From NCBI GenBank assembly GCA_040768245.1, contig JAXGNA010000004.1, forward strand, positions 42,684-106,683: DNA of 64,000 bases, in the 5' to 3' direction. The position numbers and the translations under genes were made by a program. Below, piece by piece: positions 19,314 through 29,168 of this stretch. Each line of letters starts with the position of its first letter. Positions within the stretch are counted from its first letter, which is position 1. Under the pieces are notes generated by a model. That model had not been told where the DNA came from and searched no databases. It was given only the letters and a program-made list of their open reading frames with translations. Source of the stretch: Methanomassiliicoccales archaeon (GTDB taxonomy: Archaea > Thermoplasmatota > Thermoplasmata > Methanomassiliicoccales > UBA472).

Positions 19314-22300
19314 TCATGCTGACATCCCCTGGACGGTGACCTTGCACAGCCAAATGTCCAGCGTCGTTCCGTAAGGGGCCTTGAACATGGGGACGGCGGT
19401 CGCCGGCACTCCGGTTATCCTGACCCCGGCCTCCATGGACCAGCCGGAGTTCTTTTGACCGAAGACCCTGGCCAGCACGCCCAGGTCCACTGCCACTGAG
19501 GTCTGGTATCTGACCTCGGTGCTGTACCCGGGAGCGCAGATCATCCGGGGAACGCCCATCGCACCGAAGGCGGACATAGCGAGCCAGATGCCATTGGCCG
19601 AAGGCAATCCGTCCAGATATGCTTGGAACGGGTTGCCCAGGGAAATGGTCAGCGGCCTGGCGGAAAAGGCCAGATCGTGCAACGCGTCCCTGAGGTTTCC
19701 ACAGCGCCAGATGACCTCCATCCGTATTCCCGATTTCGCGGTGGAGGTGGCCTCGGCCACCGCTACTTCCACGAACAGACCGGCCATCACCTCTTTGTCC
19801 AGTATGTTCGAGGTCAGCCGTTCCAGCATCCGCAGCAGGGCGGTCTCGATGGTGATGGCCAGAGCCTCCATGCTCAGATCCCCGGAGGAGAGCTGATGGA
19901 GCGATTCGGTGACCGCCGCGAAAAAGACCTGCTCGACGTTGTCCAGTTCCAGGACGGAGAAGGCATCTCTTCCGTTGGACGCTCCCTTCGAACCGCTCTT
20001 GAACTCCCAGCGGTCGGCGGCGTCCTTGGCCCTCTGCCAGGTCCTCTCATCGTTCCAGCAGTCGGTGGAAAAGGGGGCGCTGTCCACCCTGCGGCCACGA
20101 TCATCCCTCAGCACCAGGCTCTCCTCGAACGGAAATCCCTCGCCAATGTTGTCCAGGGCCTGCTCGGAGAACTGATATACCACTCGTGCGCGGGGCATCA
20201 TGATCCCGCCCAGCCTTCCAAGCCCCTGCACACCGTGCCTGGTCTCGATCGACCATCCCGTGAGGTCCACGGCCTCGTTGGTAGGATTGTACAGCTCCAC
20301 CCATTCCCGCCCGGCGTCCTCGCCCGCGGGGTTCAGCTCGTATTCGTTGATCACCACGCGATCGGTCCTGCCTTCCAGGACCTTGATGTACACACCAGCG
20401 TTCACGGTCCCCTTCAGACCTGGTATGGGAAGAGGGATGTTGGAGAGGAGCGCGCCGACCCCGGGAATGTCCGAGAGGGAGAAAGTGACTTTCCTGTAAC
20501 TGACCACCTCTGGCATGACCAGTTCTACACAGGCGCCGCTCACCAATCCCCTGACCTCGACCATGTGGCTGAAGATGTCCATGAAGGGGTCGATCACCGC
20601 TGAGACGGTCCAATCCTCTCCGCGAAGGGAGGCGTTGGTCAGCAGGCTGAGGTTGCCCTCCCCCTTGATCAGCCTGGTGGTCACGTCGATGCGGCAATCA
20701 TCGGCCTTGAAAGCCAGGGAGATGGACGCGGGAACCCCGACCTCCCGGTAATCGAGGTCCCTTGGCTTCAGCTTCACCGTCATGTCCACGCCCATGAATG
20801 TCAGCGTCACGACCCGCTCACCTAAGATATCCAGCAACAGCCTGGAGGCTCTGGACTCCACGACGGACATCGCTGAGCGGATAAAATCCTGCAGCTCCTC
20901 CACCATGGTGCCCAGGAGAGATGAGAGGGACCCCAGGGCTTCCCTGCCCATCTCGACCAGGCAGGCGACGGCATCTTGGAGCAGCCGATATGCATCCCGA
21001 AGATAAGACGCGATCGTGCCCAGCCCCTCCTGGAGAGGGCGAAGCAGGGATTCCATGATCTCAACGAGCTGCTGCCCCAGCGTGTTCACGTTTACATAGT
21101 TCACACCCATCAGGGCATGTCCGGTCAGGACCGTCACCGTTAGCTCGGAACCGAGCGACACTTTCTTATCGAGCCTCACTGGAAGCACGCCACCGATGTC
21201 ACCGCCCGGTGCCAACGATATCGATATCTGCCCTGAGAAGACGACCTTCCAGACCGATTGATAGGAGGAGGCCTTGGCGTCCAGGACATCAGTGTCGTGT
21301 ATCTGGGCGGAAGCCCCTGGAGACCCCGTATTCAAGCTCGGATCGACCATGGAGGACGAGATCCAGGAATCCCGTGACCCCGGGTTCGGATACGTTAGGT
21401 TCACCTGGAGCGACTCCTGATAGCACCGGCCGTCCGGACCGAGCAATGAGAAGCATGGCGTGGTGGGGAGGGCGACCACCATCTGGTTCCCCCTCAAGCG
21501 AAATCCATGGGACATCTCGGAGAGCATCCGGATGACGTCATCGCTGATGATCACCGATATGCCGGCGCAGGGATCCCCGGTCCTGGCTATGACGTCGGCC
21601 ATCCAGGAGGTCACGGTGCCCGAGGAGGATCCCCGGCTCAGACCGGCCATGAAGTATCGCTCGAGGAAGTTGGCATGAGCATCGAACGTCCGATCGATCG
21701 ACATTTGGACACCCCATGCGGTGTCCGCTGCGATGCGCCCCTCGAGAAGGACCAGGTTCTCGTCCCAGGGAAGGTCTTGTTCCTCGTTGCAGGACAGTGC
21801 ACCGGATAGCAGCTGGCTGGCGGCATTGGATACCATGGACCCCAAGGCCTGCTGTCTCCGCAGGATAGCGTCACGGTTCTCCAGGAACTCGGCCTTGGTA
21901 GCCTCGGCCAGAGGATCGGCGGTCATCACGGAGGAGCCTGAAGCGCTCATGGCCGCCCTTATCCAGGTGTCCTTGCTCTCGAGAGCGGTGGTAAGCGATG
22001 CCCTCACCTCATCCAGGAAGGAGACCCCGTCCCGGGGATCGAGGACCAGTTCAGCGGATGGGAGGAACATGCTCCGGGATATCTGCTCCGCCACCGCGGC
22101 GATCTCCCTCCGGATGCCGTCCAGTATCTCCAAGGTGCCCTTCTTGTACTGGTCATGGAACGCCCCCCACCCCTCCCAGGCCAGGATATCGGTCCGCGGT
22201 ATGTCGAGGTCCACCTTCCCCCCTACGTTGATCGGCACGACCTCTCCCTGGGCGTTCACCAGTTCCATGGTCATCTCTTCCACGATTATCGATCCGTCCG

Positions 22301-23477
22301 GTGCGCCGGTTCCAAGATGACGGTAGAGAGTTTCGGGAATGCCAGCATTATTAAAGACGCCTTCCAGCCAGTCCTTGAACTGCTCCTCCGCCAGGTCATA
22401 GTCGAAGGCGCGGTCGATCAGCTCATTGGCAAAGGAGAAAACCGCCTCTCCGGCCTTCTCGGCGAGCTCGATGAGCTTGACCAGCCCTATGTGCTCCATC
22501 CATCTCAGGGACAGGCGTTCCACTGCCGAGTTCAAGGCCTGGGAGAACACCTTTCGCCAATCCAGTTCATCGTACCCATATAGACCGAGGAAGATGTCCG
22601 CAGGATCGATGCCCCCACCCCCTCTTAGCTCATCCTCGACGAGATACCAGCATTCTTCCCCATTCATCACGTCCGTGCTAATGCCGTAACATGGTGTGAC
22701 CTGGCGGAAATACTTCATCTGAAGAACCGCCAGTCCAAGGTCGATGGCGTTCGTCAGGTCCCTTTGGGTAATGATCTCGGACAACGCTCCCTCACCGACG
22801 ATGACGCTCCCCCAGCCTTGGATGGATCGATATGCCGCCAGTGATTCCAAGAGGTAGTTCACCATCGATGCGAGGTCGCCGAGGCCTCCGGAGACCGCTT
22901 TTTCGAAGCCCCTCATCCGGTCGTTCAGGAGGGGCCAGGGGACCTTGCCCTGGTCCTCCATGGGATAGTCCCGGCTGAGGTTCCCGCTCTCCGATGACAC
23001 CTTGACCGACATGGACCCGGCGAGCCCGACGTATGCCGGAACGTACTTGTCGGTATAATTATCGCCGGCAAGGTCCTGGTCCAGGGGGAGGCGGATGAAA
23101 GAAAGCCTCGCCCCGCTCACGTTCACTTCCACGTTCATCCCCGACCGGGTGATGGGATAGCCAGACATGATCCGTTGCGCCAGTTCGCCATCGAAGCGCG
23201 ATGACATGGCGTCCTCGTTCAGAGGATCGCCGGCGCAGGCGGCCAGCAATGACTGCCAGGCCATCCCCTGGACCTGCTCCCGGGCGTCGATGGACAGCTC
23301 GTTCATGCGCTCGATCTCCTCAACGGTCAATCCCACCTCTTGGGACCCGTCTCGAAGGTCGGCTATGAGCGCCGCGGAGAGACTGGAGACAATGATGAGA
23401 ACGACAGCTATCAGGGAGAACGGCATCTGAGCCCGGCGGTCCCGGGACATCGCCCGAATCGAACCTCTTTCGGTCAT
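19314..23477 (-). CDS. Large exported protein with lamin-tail domain and pilin-like N-terminus
   Basis: 1387 aa ORF; RRAQ-MPFSLIAVVLIIV N-terminus; VVINEYELNP...EWVELYNP...VDLTGW LTD motif. Confidence 0.8.
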   Translation of the reverse strand: MTERGSIRAMSRDRRAQMPFSLIAVVLIIVSSLSAALIADLRDGSQEVGLTVEEIERMNELSIDAREQVQGMAWQSLLAACAGDPLNEDAMSSRFDGELAQRIMSGYPITRSGMNVEVNVSGARLSFIRLPLDQDLAGDNYTDKYVPAYVGLAGSMSVKVSSESGNLSRDYPMEDQGKVPWPLLNDRMRGFEKAVSGGLGDLASMVNYLLESLAAYRSIQGWGSVIVGEGALSEIITQRDLTNAIDLGLAVLQMKYFRQVTPCYGISTDVMNGEECWYLVEDELRGGGGIDPADIFLGLYGYDELDWRKVFSQALNSAVERLSLRWMEHIGLVKLIELAEKAGEAVFSFANELIDRAFDYDLAEEQFKDWLEGVFNNAGIPETLYRHLGTGAPDGSIIVEEMTMELVNAQGEVVPINVGGKVDLDIPRTDILAWEGWGAFHDQYKKGTLEILDGIRREIAAVAEQISRSMFLPSAELVLDPRDGVSFLDEVRASLTTALESKDTWIRAAMSASGSSVMTADPLAEATKAEFLENRDAILRRQQALGSMVSNAASQLLSGALSCNEEQDLPWDENLVLLEGRIAADTAWGVQMSIDRTFDAHANFLERYFMAGLSRGSSSGTVTSWMADVIARTGDPCAGISVIISDDVIRMLSEMSHGFRLRGNQMVVALPTTPCFSLLGPDGRCYQESLQVNLTYPNPGSRDSWISSSMVDPSLNTGSPGASAQIHDTDVLDAKASSYQSVWKVVFSGQISISLAPGGDIGGVLPVRLDKKVSLGSELTVTVLTGHALMGVNYVNVNTLGQQLVEIMESLLRPLQEGLGTIASYLRDAYRLLQDAVACLVEMGREALGSLSSLLGTMVEELQDFIRSAMSVVESRASRLLLDILGERVVTLTFMGVDMTVKLKPRDLDYREVGVPASISLAFKADDCRIDVTTRLIKGEGNLSLLTNASLRGEDWTVSAVIDPFMDIFSHMVEVRGLVSGACVELVMPEVVSYRKVTFSLSDIPGVGALLSNIPLPIPGLKGTVNAGVYIKVLEGRTDRVVINEYELNPAGEDAGREWVELYNPTNEAVDLTGWSIETRHGVQGLGRLGGIMMPRARVVYQFSEQALDNIGEGFPFEESLVLRDDRGRRVDSAPFSTDCWNDERTWQRAKDAADRWEFKSGSKGASNGRDAFSVLELDNVEQVFFAAVTESLHQLSSGDLSMEALAITIETALLRMLERLTSNILDKEVMAGLFVEVAVAEATSTAKSGIRMEVIWRCGNLRDALHDLAFSARPLTISLGNPFQAYLDGLPSANGIWLAMSAFGAMGVPRMICAPGYSTEVRYQTSVAVDLGVLARVFGQKNSGWSMEAGVRITGVPATAVPMFKAPYGTTLDIWLCKVTVQGMSA

Positions 23478-23527
23478 CCCTCCTGACCAATGCCTGTCGG
23501 ATAAAAAGGGGGTGAGCTACAATCAGG

Positions 23528-24265
23528 TTACGGTTCTGAACCCTTGACCATGTGCAGGAAGTTCTCGAGATGTGCAGCGATAAGCGGATTGTCCGAGAAG
23601 CCGCATAGGTCCAGGTCCTCGGTGGCGATCATGGCCAAAGCTCCGTCGACTATCACGTCCGTGGCGATCAGCCCCTTCCTGCGGTACACCTCATTGGCTG
23701 AGGGCACCTTGACCGCCGGTTCGGTGATGATGGTGATCTTCACTCCCCTGGCCAGGGCCTCCTTGAAATTATCTGAGAGCTCGGAACGGATGTCCTGCAT
23801 CTTGGGCGAGGAGATGAGGAAGACCGAACGGGCGGAATCCAGCATCTCACCTATCTTGGCCAGTACCTTCCTTCTCCCATAGATCGTGTACACCAGCTCC
23901 GGCGTTCCTTTTTCGGAGAGCAGCCCCTTGATGGAGCTCAGCTTGGCGAACATGCCGTTCATCTCGTTCATGGTCCTCTCCCGCAGTTCCTCTATGTCCA
24001 ACGGATGATAGATGGCGGGTCGCCCGCCGGTCTCCTGGGAATAGCCCTTGCCGATCAAGGATTGCAGGGATTTGTAGGCCGAGGTGCGCGGGATCATCGC
24101 CAGCTCTGCCACCTCCTCGGCGGTGGCATGCGTTCGAAGGATCAGGGCCACGTAGGCCCGGGCCTCATATTTTGACAGCCCCAAATTCCCTAGGACGGAA
24201 GCTATCTGCGCGAACTCCTTCTCTATATCGCCTATATCCAGTCTGAGTACGTCCACGATATTCAT
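23528..24265 (-). CDS. TrmB family transcriptional regulator
   Basis: LGLSKYEARAYVAL, IPRTSAYKSLQSL, GRPAIY wHTH plus PLD-like effector domain. Confidence 0.9.
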   Translation of the reverse strand: MNIVDVLRLDIGDIEKEFAQIASVLGNLGLSKYEARAYVALILRTHATAEEVAELAMIPRTSAYKSLQSLIGKGYSQETGGRPAIYHPLDIEELRERTMNEMNGMFAKLSSIKGLLSEKGTPELVYTIYGRRKVLAKIGEMLDSARSVFLISSPKMQDIRSELSDNFKEALARGVKITIITEPAVKVPSANEVYRRKGLIATDVIVDGALAMIATEDLDLCGFSDNPLIAAHLENFLHMVKGSEP

Positions 24266-24273
24266 GGCCTAAC

Positions 24274-24294
24274 ATGTAGCTAAGCTCGCTACAT
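24274..24294. promoter_or_regulatory. Palindromic operator candidate in trmB/tes divergent promoter
   Basis: ATGTAGC-N7-GCTACAT abutting the AT-rich TATA region 24293-24308. Confidence 0.55.
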
Positions 24295-24338
24295 AAATAT
24301 TATATTATCGTGTTGAAGTATCAGCCTGGGGTGCAATC

Positions 24339-25892
24339 GTGATTGCAAAAGAGAGTTCATTGCCCAGAGGATTGCCGAAGAAGACGGAGTCGCTCTGCCC
24401 TGAGTGTAGGAAGATCATCATCGCCACCATGTCCGAGAAGGACGGGAAGGTGGTCATGGATAAGGAATGCCCAGAGCACGGTCATTTCTCGGACGTCATA
24501 TGGTCCGATGTGGAGATGTACCTGAAATCCGAAAGCCTCTCCTATGACGGGGTAGGCGTGGAGAATCCTTTCATCCCACAGGCCAAGGTCTGCCCTAACG
24601 ACTGCGGTCTCTGCGACCTGCACCTTAGCCATACCGCGCTGGCCAATCTGGACCTCACCAACCGCTGCAACATGAAGTGCCCTATCTGCTTCGCCAACGC
24701 CAATCAGTCTGGCTATGTCTACGAACCTAGCTATGACGAGGTGGTGAAGATGATGCAGGTGCTACGGGAAAGCAAGCCCGTTCCCTGCCCGGCCATCCAG
24801 TTCGCCGGCGGCGAACCTACCATCTATCCCCAGTTCGTTGACGTGGTGAAGAAGGCCAAGGAGCTTGGGTTCGCCCAGATCCAGGTGGCCACCAACGGCA
24901 TTATGTTCGCCAACGATTTCGAGTTCCTGAAGGCCTCCACCGAGGCCGGTCTGAACACCATCTACCTGCAGTTCGATGGGATGAGCGATGATATATACAT
25001 GGTCTCCCGGGCCAGGAAGATGCTCGAGATCAAGATGAAGGTCATCGAGAACGTCCGGAAGCTGGAGAAGCGACCGTCGGTTGTGCTGGTTCCCGTGGTG
25101 GTCAAAGGGGTCACCGACAGCCAGATCGGTCCGATCTTCAAGTACGCCCTGGAAAACTCCGATGTGATCCGGGGCATCAACTTCCAGCCAGTGTCCTTCA
25201 CCGGGAGAATCAACAAGGAAGAACTGGCCAAACAGAGGTACACCCTGCCCGACCTGGTCAGGGACTTCGAGGTCCAGACCAAGGGACAGATCAAGAAGAG
25301 CGACTGGTTCCCGGTGCCCAGTGTCGTCCCGCTCTCCACCCTGGCCTCCGCCTTCGTCGGCGAACCAAAGGTCACCTTCACCACGCACCCTCACTGCGGC
25401 ATCGCCACCTATCTGTTCATCCAGGACAAGGGCCACGTCGTGCCGTTGACCTCCTTCGTGGACGTGGAACCGCTGTTCAAGGAGCTGTACGAGCTGTCCA
25501 AGAAGGCGGAGAAGGCCAAGCTGAAGTTCCCCAGCAAGGTGAAGGTCTACTCCCTGCTGAAGAAGTACACCCACGAGGACAAGATGCCTGAGGGACTGGA
25601 CATGAAAACGTTCCTTGGCCTGCTGACCTCTCTTATGGACGACAAGTCCAAGGAGTCCCTGGCCAAGTTCTCCTGGAAGATGATGATGATCGGAGGAATG
25701 CACTTCCAGGACCTGTACAACTACGATATAGAAAGGGTCAAGCGCTGCGCTATCCATTACGTAGTGCCTGACGGAAGGATAATCCCCTTCTGCGCCTACA
25801 ATGGCGGACCCACCTTCAGGGAGCAGGTGGAGAAGAAGTTCTCCGTACCCATCGAGGAGTGGAGACGGACCAGGGGAACGGAGCACACATAA
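24339..25892 (+). CDS. tes: Tetraether lipid synthase (radical SAM, MJ0619/GDGT-MAS family)
   Basis: SLCPEC, CPEHG, CPNDCGLC..H, TNRCNMKCPICFANA, HPHCG, MHFQD.YNYD.ERVKRCAIHY..PDGRIIPFC. Confidence 0.88.
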   Translation: MIAKESSLPRGLPKKTESLCPECRKIIIATMSEKDGKVVMDKECPEHGHFSDVIWSDVEMYLKSESLSYDGVGVENPFIPQAKVCPNDCGLCDLHLSHTALANLDLTNRCNMKCPICFANANQSGYVYEPSYDEVVKMMQVLRESKPVPCPAIQFAGGEPTIYPQFVDVVKKAKELGFAQIQVATNGIMFANDFEFLKASTEAGLNTIYLQFDGMSDDIYMVSRARKMLEIKMKVIENVRKLEKRPSVVLVPVVVKGVTDSQIGPIFKYALENSDVIRGINFQPVSFTGRINKEELAKQRYTLPDLVRDFEVQTKGQIKKSDWFPVPSVVPLSTLASAFVGEPKVTFTTHPHCGIATYLFIQDKGHVVPLTSFVDVEPLFKELYELSKKAEKAKLKFPSKVKVYSLLKKYTHEDKMPEGLDMKTFLGLLTSLMDDKSKESLAKFSWKMMMIGGMHFQDLYNYDIERVKRCAIHYVVPDGRIIPFCAYNGGPTFREQVEKKFSVPIEEWRRTRGTEHT

Positions 25893-25904
25893 GGAGGATC
25901 CATA

Positions 25905-26078
25905 ATGATAGTGAGCATCGAGAAGTGTATGCATTGCGGCGCCTGCGTGGGCTCCTGCCCCCAGAACGCCATCTACCTTAACGAGATAGTGCTGGAGTTC
26001 AACGAGAACTGCAACAAGTGCGGCCGCTGCGTGCGCCTCTGCCCGGCCGGCGCCTTGAAGATGGAGGGGAAGAAATGA
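25905..26078 (+). CDS. 2x[4Fe-4S] ferredoxin (57 aa, below ORF-track cutoff)
   Basis: AGGAGG SD; MIVSIEKCMHCGACVGSCPQNAIYLNEIVLEFNENCNKCGRCVRLCPAGALKMEGKK; stop overlaps ggr start (ATGA). Confidence 0.92.
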   Translation: MIVSIEKCMHCGACVGSCPQNAIYLNEIVLEFNENCNKCGRCVRLCPAGALKMEGKK

Positions 26079-27262
26079 AGCCCGATTACGATGTGATCGT
26101 GGTCGGCGCCGGTCCGGCCGGCAGCATGACCGCCAAGCACGCGGCCAAGAAGGGCGCCCGCGTCCTGATGATCGAGAAGCGCCAGGAGATCGGCGCCTCG
26201 CTGCGCTGTGCCGAAGGCGTGAACAAGAAGGGATTGGCCAAGGCCGGGGTCCCCGTGGACAAGCGCTGGGTCTCCGCCGACATCGCTGGCGCTAAACTTG
26301 TCTCTCCGGGAGGCAAGGTCTTCCGCATAGACGAGAGCCAGGCCGGGGCCGAGGTCGGACTGGTGCTGGAAAGGCATCTCTTCGACAAGGCCATGGCCGC
26401 TGACGCAGCTCGGGCCGGTGCCGAGATCTGGCTCAAGACGGCGGCGGTCGACGTCATCAAGGAAGGCGACAAGGTGGTCGGTGTAAAGGCCAAGCGTGAG
26501 GGCGAGCCGCTGAAGCTCACCGCTGGTTGCGTCGTTGCCGCGGACGGTTTCGAATCCCAGGTGGCCCGCTGGGCGGGGATCGACACCTCTCTTAAGGCCG
26601 GAGACATAACCACCTGCTACCAGTATCGCATGACCAACCTGAAGACCGAGCCGGACTATTGCGAGTTCATCATTGGCTCCGTCGCCCCGGGCGGATACAT
26701 CTGGATATTCCCCAAGGGAGACGATACCGCCAACGTCGGGATCGGCGTCCTAGCTTCCAAGCTCAAGAAACCGGGAGATGTCAAGATGTACCTGGACAGC
26801 TGGATCAAGAAGGACCCCCGGCTCAGCTGCGGACAGCCCCTGGAAGCTTTGGCCGGTGGCGTTTCCGTATCCCCGCCGGTCGAGCAGTCGGTCATGAACG
26901 GCCTTATCCTGGTCGGAGATTCCGCGCGCATCATCGACCCCATAACCGGAGGCGGGATCGCCAACGGGCTCCTGGCCGGTAAGTTCGCCGGAGAGGTGCT
27001 GGGCGACTGCGTTCAGTCCAACGATTACTCCGAGGCCGCGCTGATGCCTTACGACAAGAAGTGGCGCGACGCCATGGAGAACCGCCTATGGCGCAACTGG
27101 ATGGCCAAGGAGAAGTTCCTTACCCTCTCGGATAAGACCCTGGACGGGGTGATCGACACGCTCTCCACGGCCAACGTGGACAAGATGTCGGTGCACAACA
27201 TCCTGATCGCCATCAAGGAGAAGCACCCCGAGCTGGTAAAGGAGTTCGAGGAACTGATCTGA
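26075..27262 (+). CDS. Digeranylgeranylglycerophospholipid reductase (GGR family)
   Basis: YDVIVVGAGPAGS, RCAEG, AADGFES, APGGYIWIFPKG, VGDSA..IDPITGGGI. Confidence 0.9.
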   Translation: MKPDYDVIVVGAGPAGSMTAKHAAKKGARVLMIEKRQEIGASLRCAEGVNKKGLAKAGVPVDKRWVSADIAGAKLVSPGGKVFRIDESQAGAEVGLVLERHLFDKAMAADAARAGAEIWLKTAAVDVIKEGDKVVGVKAKREGEPLKLTAGCVVAADGFESQVARWAGIDTSLKAGDITTCYQYRMTNLKTEPDYCEFIIGSVAPGGYIWIFPKGDDTANVGIGVLASKLKKPGDVKMYLDSWIKKDPRLSCGQPLEALAGGVSVSPPVEQSVMNGLILVGDSARIIDPITGGGIANGLLAGKFAGEVLGDCVQSNDYSEAALMPYDKKWRDAMENRLWRNWMAKEKFLTLSDKTLDGVIDTLSTANVDKMSVHNILIAIKEKHPELVKEFEELI

Positions 27263-27283
27263 AACCTTTTTCTTAAAAACCCT

Positions 27284-28216
27284 TTAATCGATCTTTACTC
27301 CCGGTACCCCGGTCTCCGCAGCGAACGGCTGGCCGCCCTTCCTGCGTATGATGTCCATCACCTTTTGGGGTTCGTCCGTCAGAGCGATCATGCTGCCGCC
27401 ACCTCCCGCCCCGGTGAGCTTTGCGCCGTACGAATGCGGGAGAACGGAAGACACCAGCTTATCCAACTCACGGGAGGAGACGCCCAGGATGGCTAACAAC
27501 TTGTGGTCCTTGGTCATGGTCCTGCCGAGCCCTTCCAGGTCGCCCTTGGCCATCTGCTGTACTCCTTCCATGGTCACCGTCCCTATCTCATCCACGATGT
27601 CCCTGGCGAAGGTGCTGTGGTCGACATAGCGCTTCACCTTGGCCACCAGTGGGCCGGTGGGCTTGGATTTGCCAGTGAAGCCGACCACCAGGGTCATCTT
27701 GGGCATCGGGACATCGTGAACGCACCATCGACGGGTGTCCTTGGAGATCTCCCAGAGGAAGTCATCGCCCCTCTCCCTCTTCACCAGGATGCCATGGCCG
27801 TGCGTGCAGGTGGAGGTGTCGATGGGACTTGCGCGGCCTTGGACCTCACACTCCACCTCGAAGGCCTCCCTGGCCACGGTCTCTTCCTGAAAACCGCCCT
27901 TCGAGGCGTTCAGGGCAGCCAGCAAGGCCACCGTGACCGCAGCTGAAGAACCGAGCCCCGAACCGGACGGGAAATCGGAATCGGTCAGCACCGCGGTCGG
28001 CGGCGCACCATGCTTGTCCAAGCAAGCCGACACGTAGGAATAGTTGTGGGGGGTGAGCGGGACACCGTTAAGCGAGGGAACGGCCGCCGGCCGGACCTGG
28101 CAGCGCAGACGGAGCCCGATGGCCACGGAGACCGCAGGCTTACCGAACACCACCGCGTGCTCGCCGAGCAGTATCACCTTGGCCGGTGCCGACGCGCCCC
28201 AGGTTCGACCGGACAT
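27284..28216 (-). CDS. mvk: Mevalonate kinase
   Basis: APAKVILLGEHAVVFG, PSGSGLGSSAA, QGRASPID, KLTGAGGGG. Confidence 0.92.
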   Translation of the reverse strand: MSGRTWGASAPAKVILLGEHAVVFGKPAVSVAIGLRLRCQVRPAAVPSLNGVPLTPHNYSYVSACLDKHGAPPTAVLTDSDFPSGSGLGSSAAVTVALLAALNASKGGFQEETVAREAFEVECEVQGRASPIDTSTCTHGHGILVKRERGDDFLWEISKDTRRWCVHDVPMPKMTLVVGFTGKSKPTGPLVAKVKRYVDHSTFARDIVDEIGTVTMEGVQQMAKGDLEGLGRTMTKDHKLLAILGVSSRELDKLVSSVLPHSYGAKLTGAGGGGSMIALTDEPQKVMDIIRRKGGQPFAAETGVPGVKID

Positions 28217-28226
28217 CTGGCGACCT

Positions 28227-29168
28227 TCACAGACCGTACTTGCGGCCCATGGCCTGCATGGCCTGGTCAGGACTATTTCCGCCCAGTTCCTTCAAGCCAG
28301 AGTTCCACCACTCGTCCTCGAACTTGGCCAAGGCGGACTCGAACATCTCCAGGACGTCCACCTTGTTCTCCTTGTTGACCAACGTCAGTTCCAGATTGTG
28401 GTCCAGACCCTGGAACATGTCCTCGCTCATGAAGTCCGGCATGACGTTGACGACCAGGTCCAGCAGGGCGTTGGCCACCGATATGAAAAGACGCTCCCTC
28501 TTCTGCGGAGAAGGCATGGACTCCTTGGCCATGCTCTCCTCGATGCTGGAGAACCACAGGTCCCGGATGATGTAGGAACGCGACGCCCAGTAATCCTCGT
28601 CGCCGCACTCCTCGCACCCACAGCCGCATTCGTCCTCATGTTCGATGACCGAATCCATCTTTTCCCGGGCCTGGTCCATGAGCCCGTTGGGCGACGCCCC
28701 GCCGAGGAAGTCCTTGGGCGATCCCCACCACTGGTCCTCGAAGGCCACCAAGGCCTCCATGAGCTCGCGCTCGTCGTTGAAGTCGTCCCCCTGGGACTCC
28801 AGGAACTGATCGCGGAACAGGGAGAGAAGGTCGACCTCGTGCTCCTTGTTGATCAAGGCGATGGAAAGATAGTCGTCCAGGTTCTCCTTGAAGATGTACG
28901 AGAGGTCCTCTGGAAGGTTGAGGCCTATCCGTTCCAAGACCGCGTTCGCCGCGGTGAGGAACAGCACCTCGTCCATGTCCTCCTTGGGGACCTGCTCGGC
29001 CTTGAGCCCGTCCACGATCTCCTGGAGCATAGCGTCCTTGAACATCAAGGCCCGGATGGGGTTCTTCGACAGCACCGGGTTCTCTGGCACGGAACTCTGC
29101 TCGGGCTCCGCGGCCTTTGCTTTCTTGGACTCCTTGGGCTTGCTCTCCTTGGTCTTCTTGACTGCCAT
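28227..29168 (-). CDS. Acidic hypothetical protein with two internal repeats and a Cys-rich linker
   Basis: MAVKKTKESK start with GAAGGTG SD; repeats end FEDQWWGSPKDFLGGASP / FEDEWWNSGLKELGGNSP. Confidence 0.78.
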   Translation of the reverse strand: MAVKKTKESKPKESKKAKAAEPEQSSVPENPVLSKNPIRALMFKDAMLQEIVDGLKAEQVPKEDMDEVLFLTAANAVLERIGLNLPEDLSYIFKENLDDYLSIALINKEHEVDLLSLFRDQFLESQGDDFNDERELMEALVAFEDQWWGSPKDFLGGASPNGLMDQAREKMDSVIEHEDECGCGCEECGDEDYWASRSYIIRDLWFSSIEESMAKESMPSPQKRERLFISVANALLDLVVNVMPDFMSEDMFQGLDHNLELTLVNKENKVDVLEMFESALAKFEDEWWNSGLKELGGNSPDQAMQAMGRKYGL

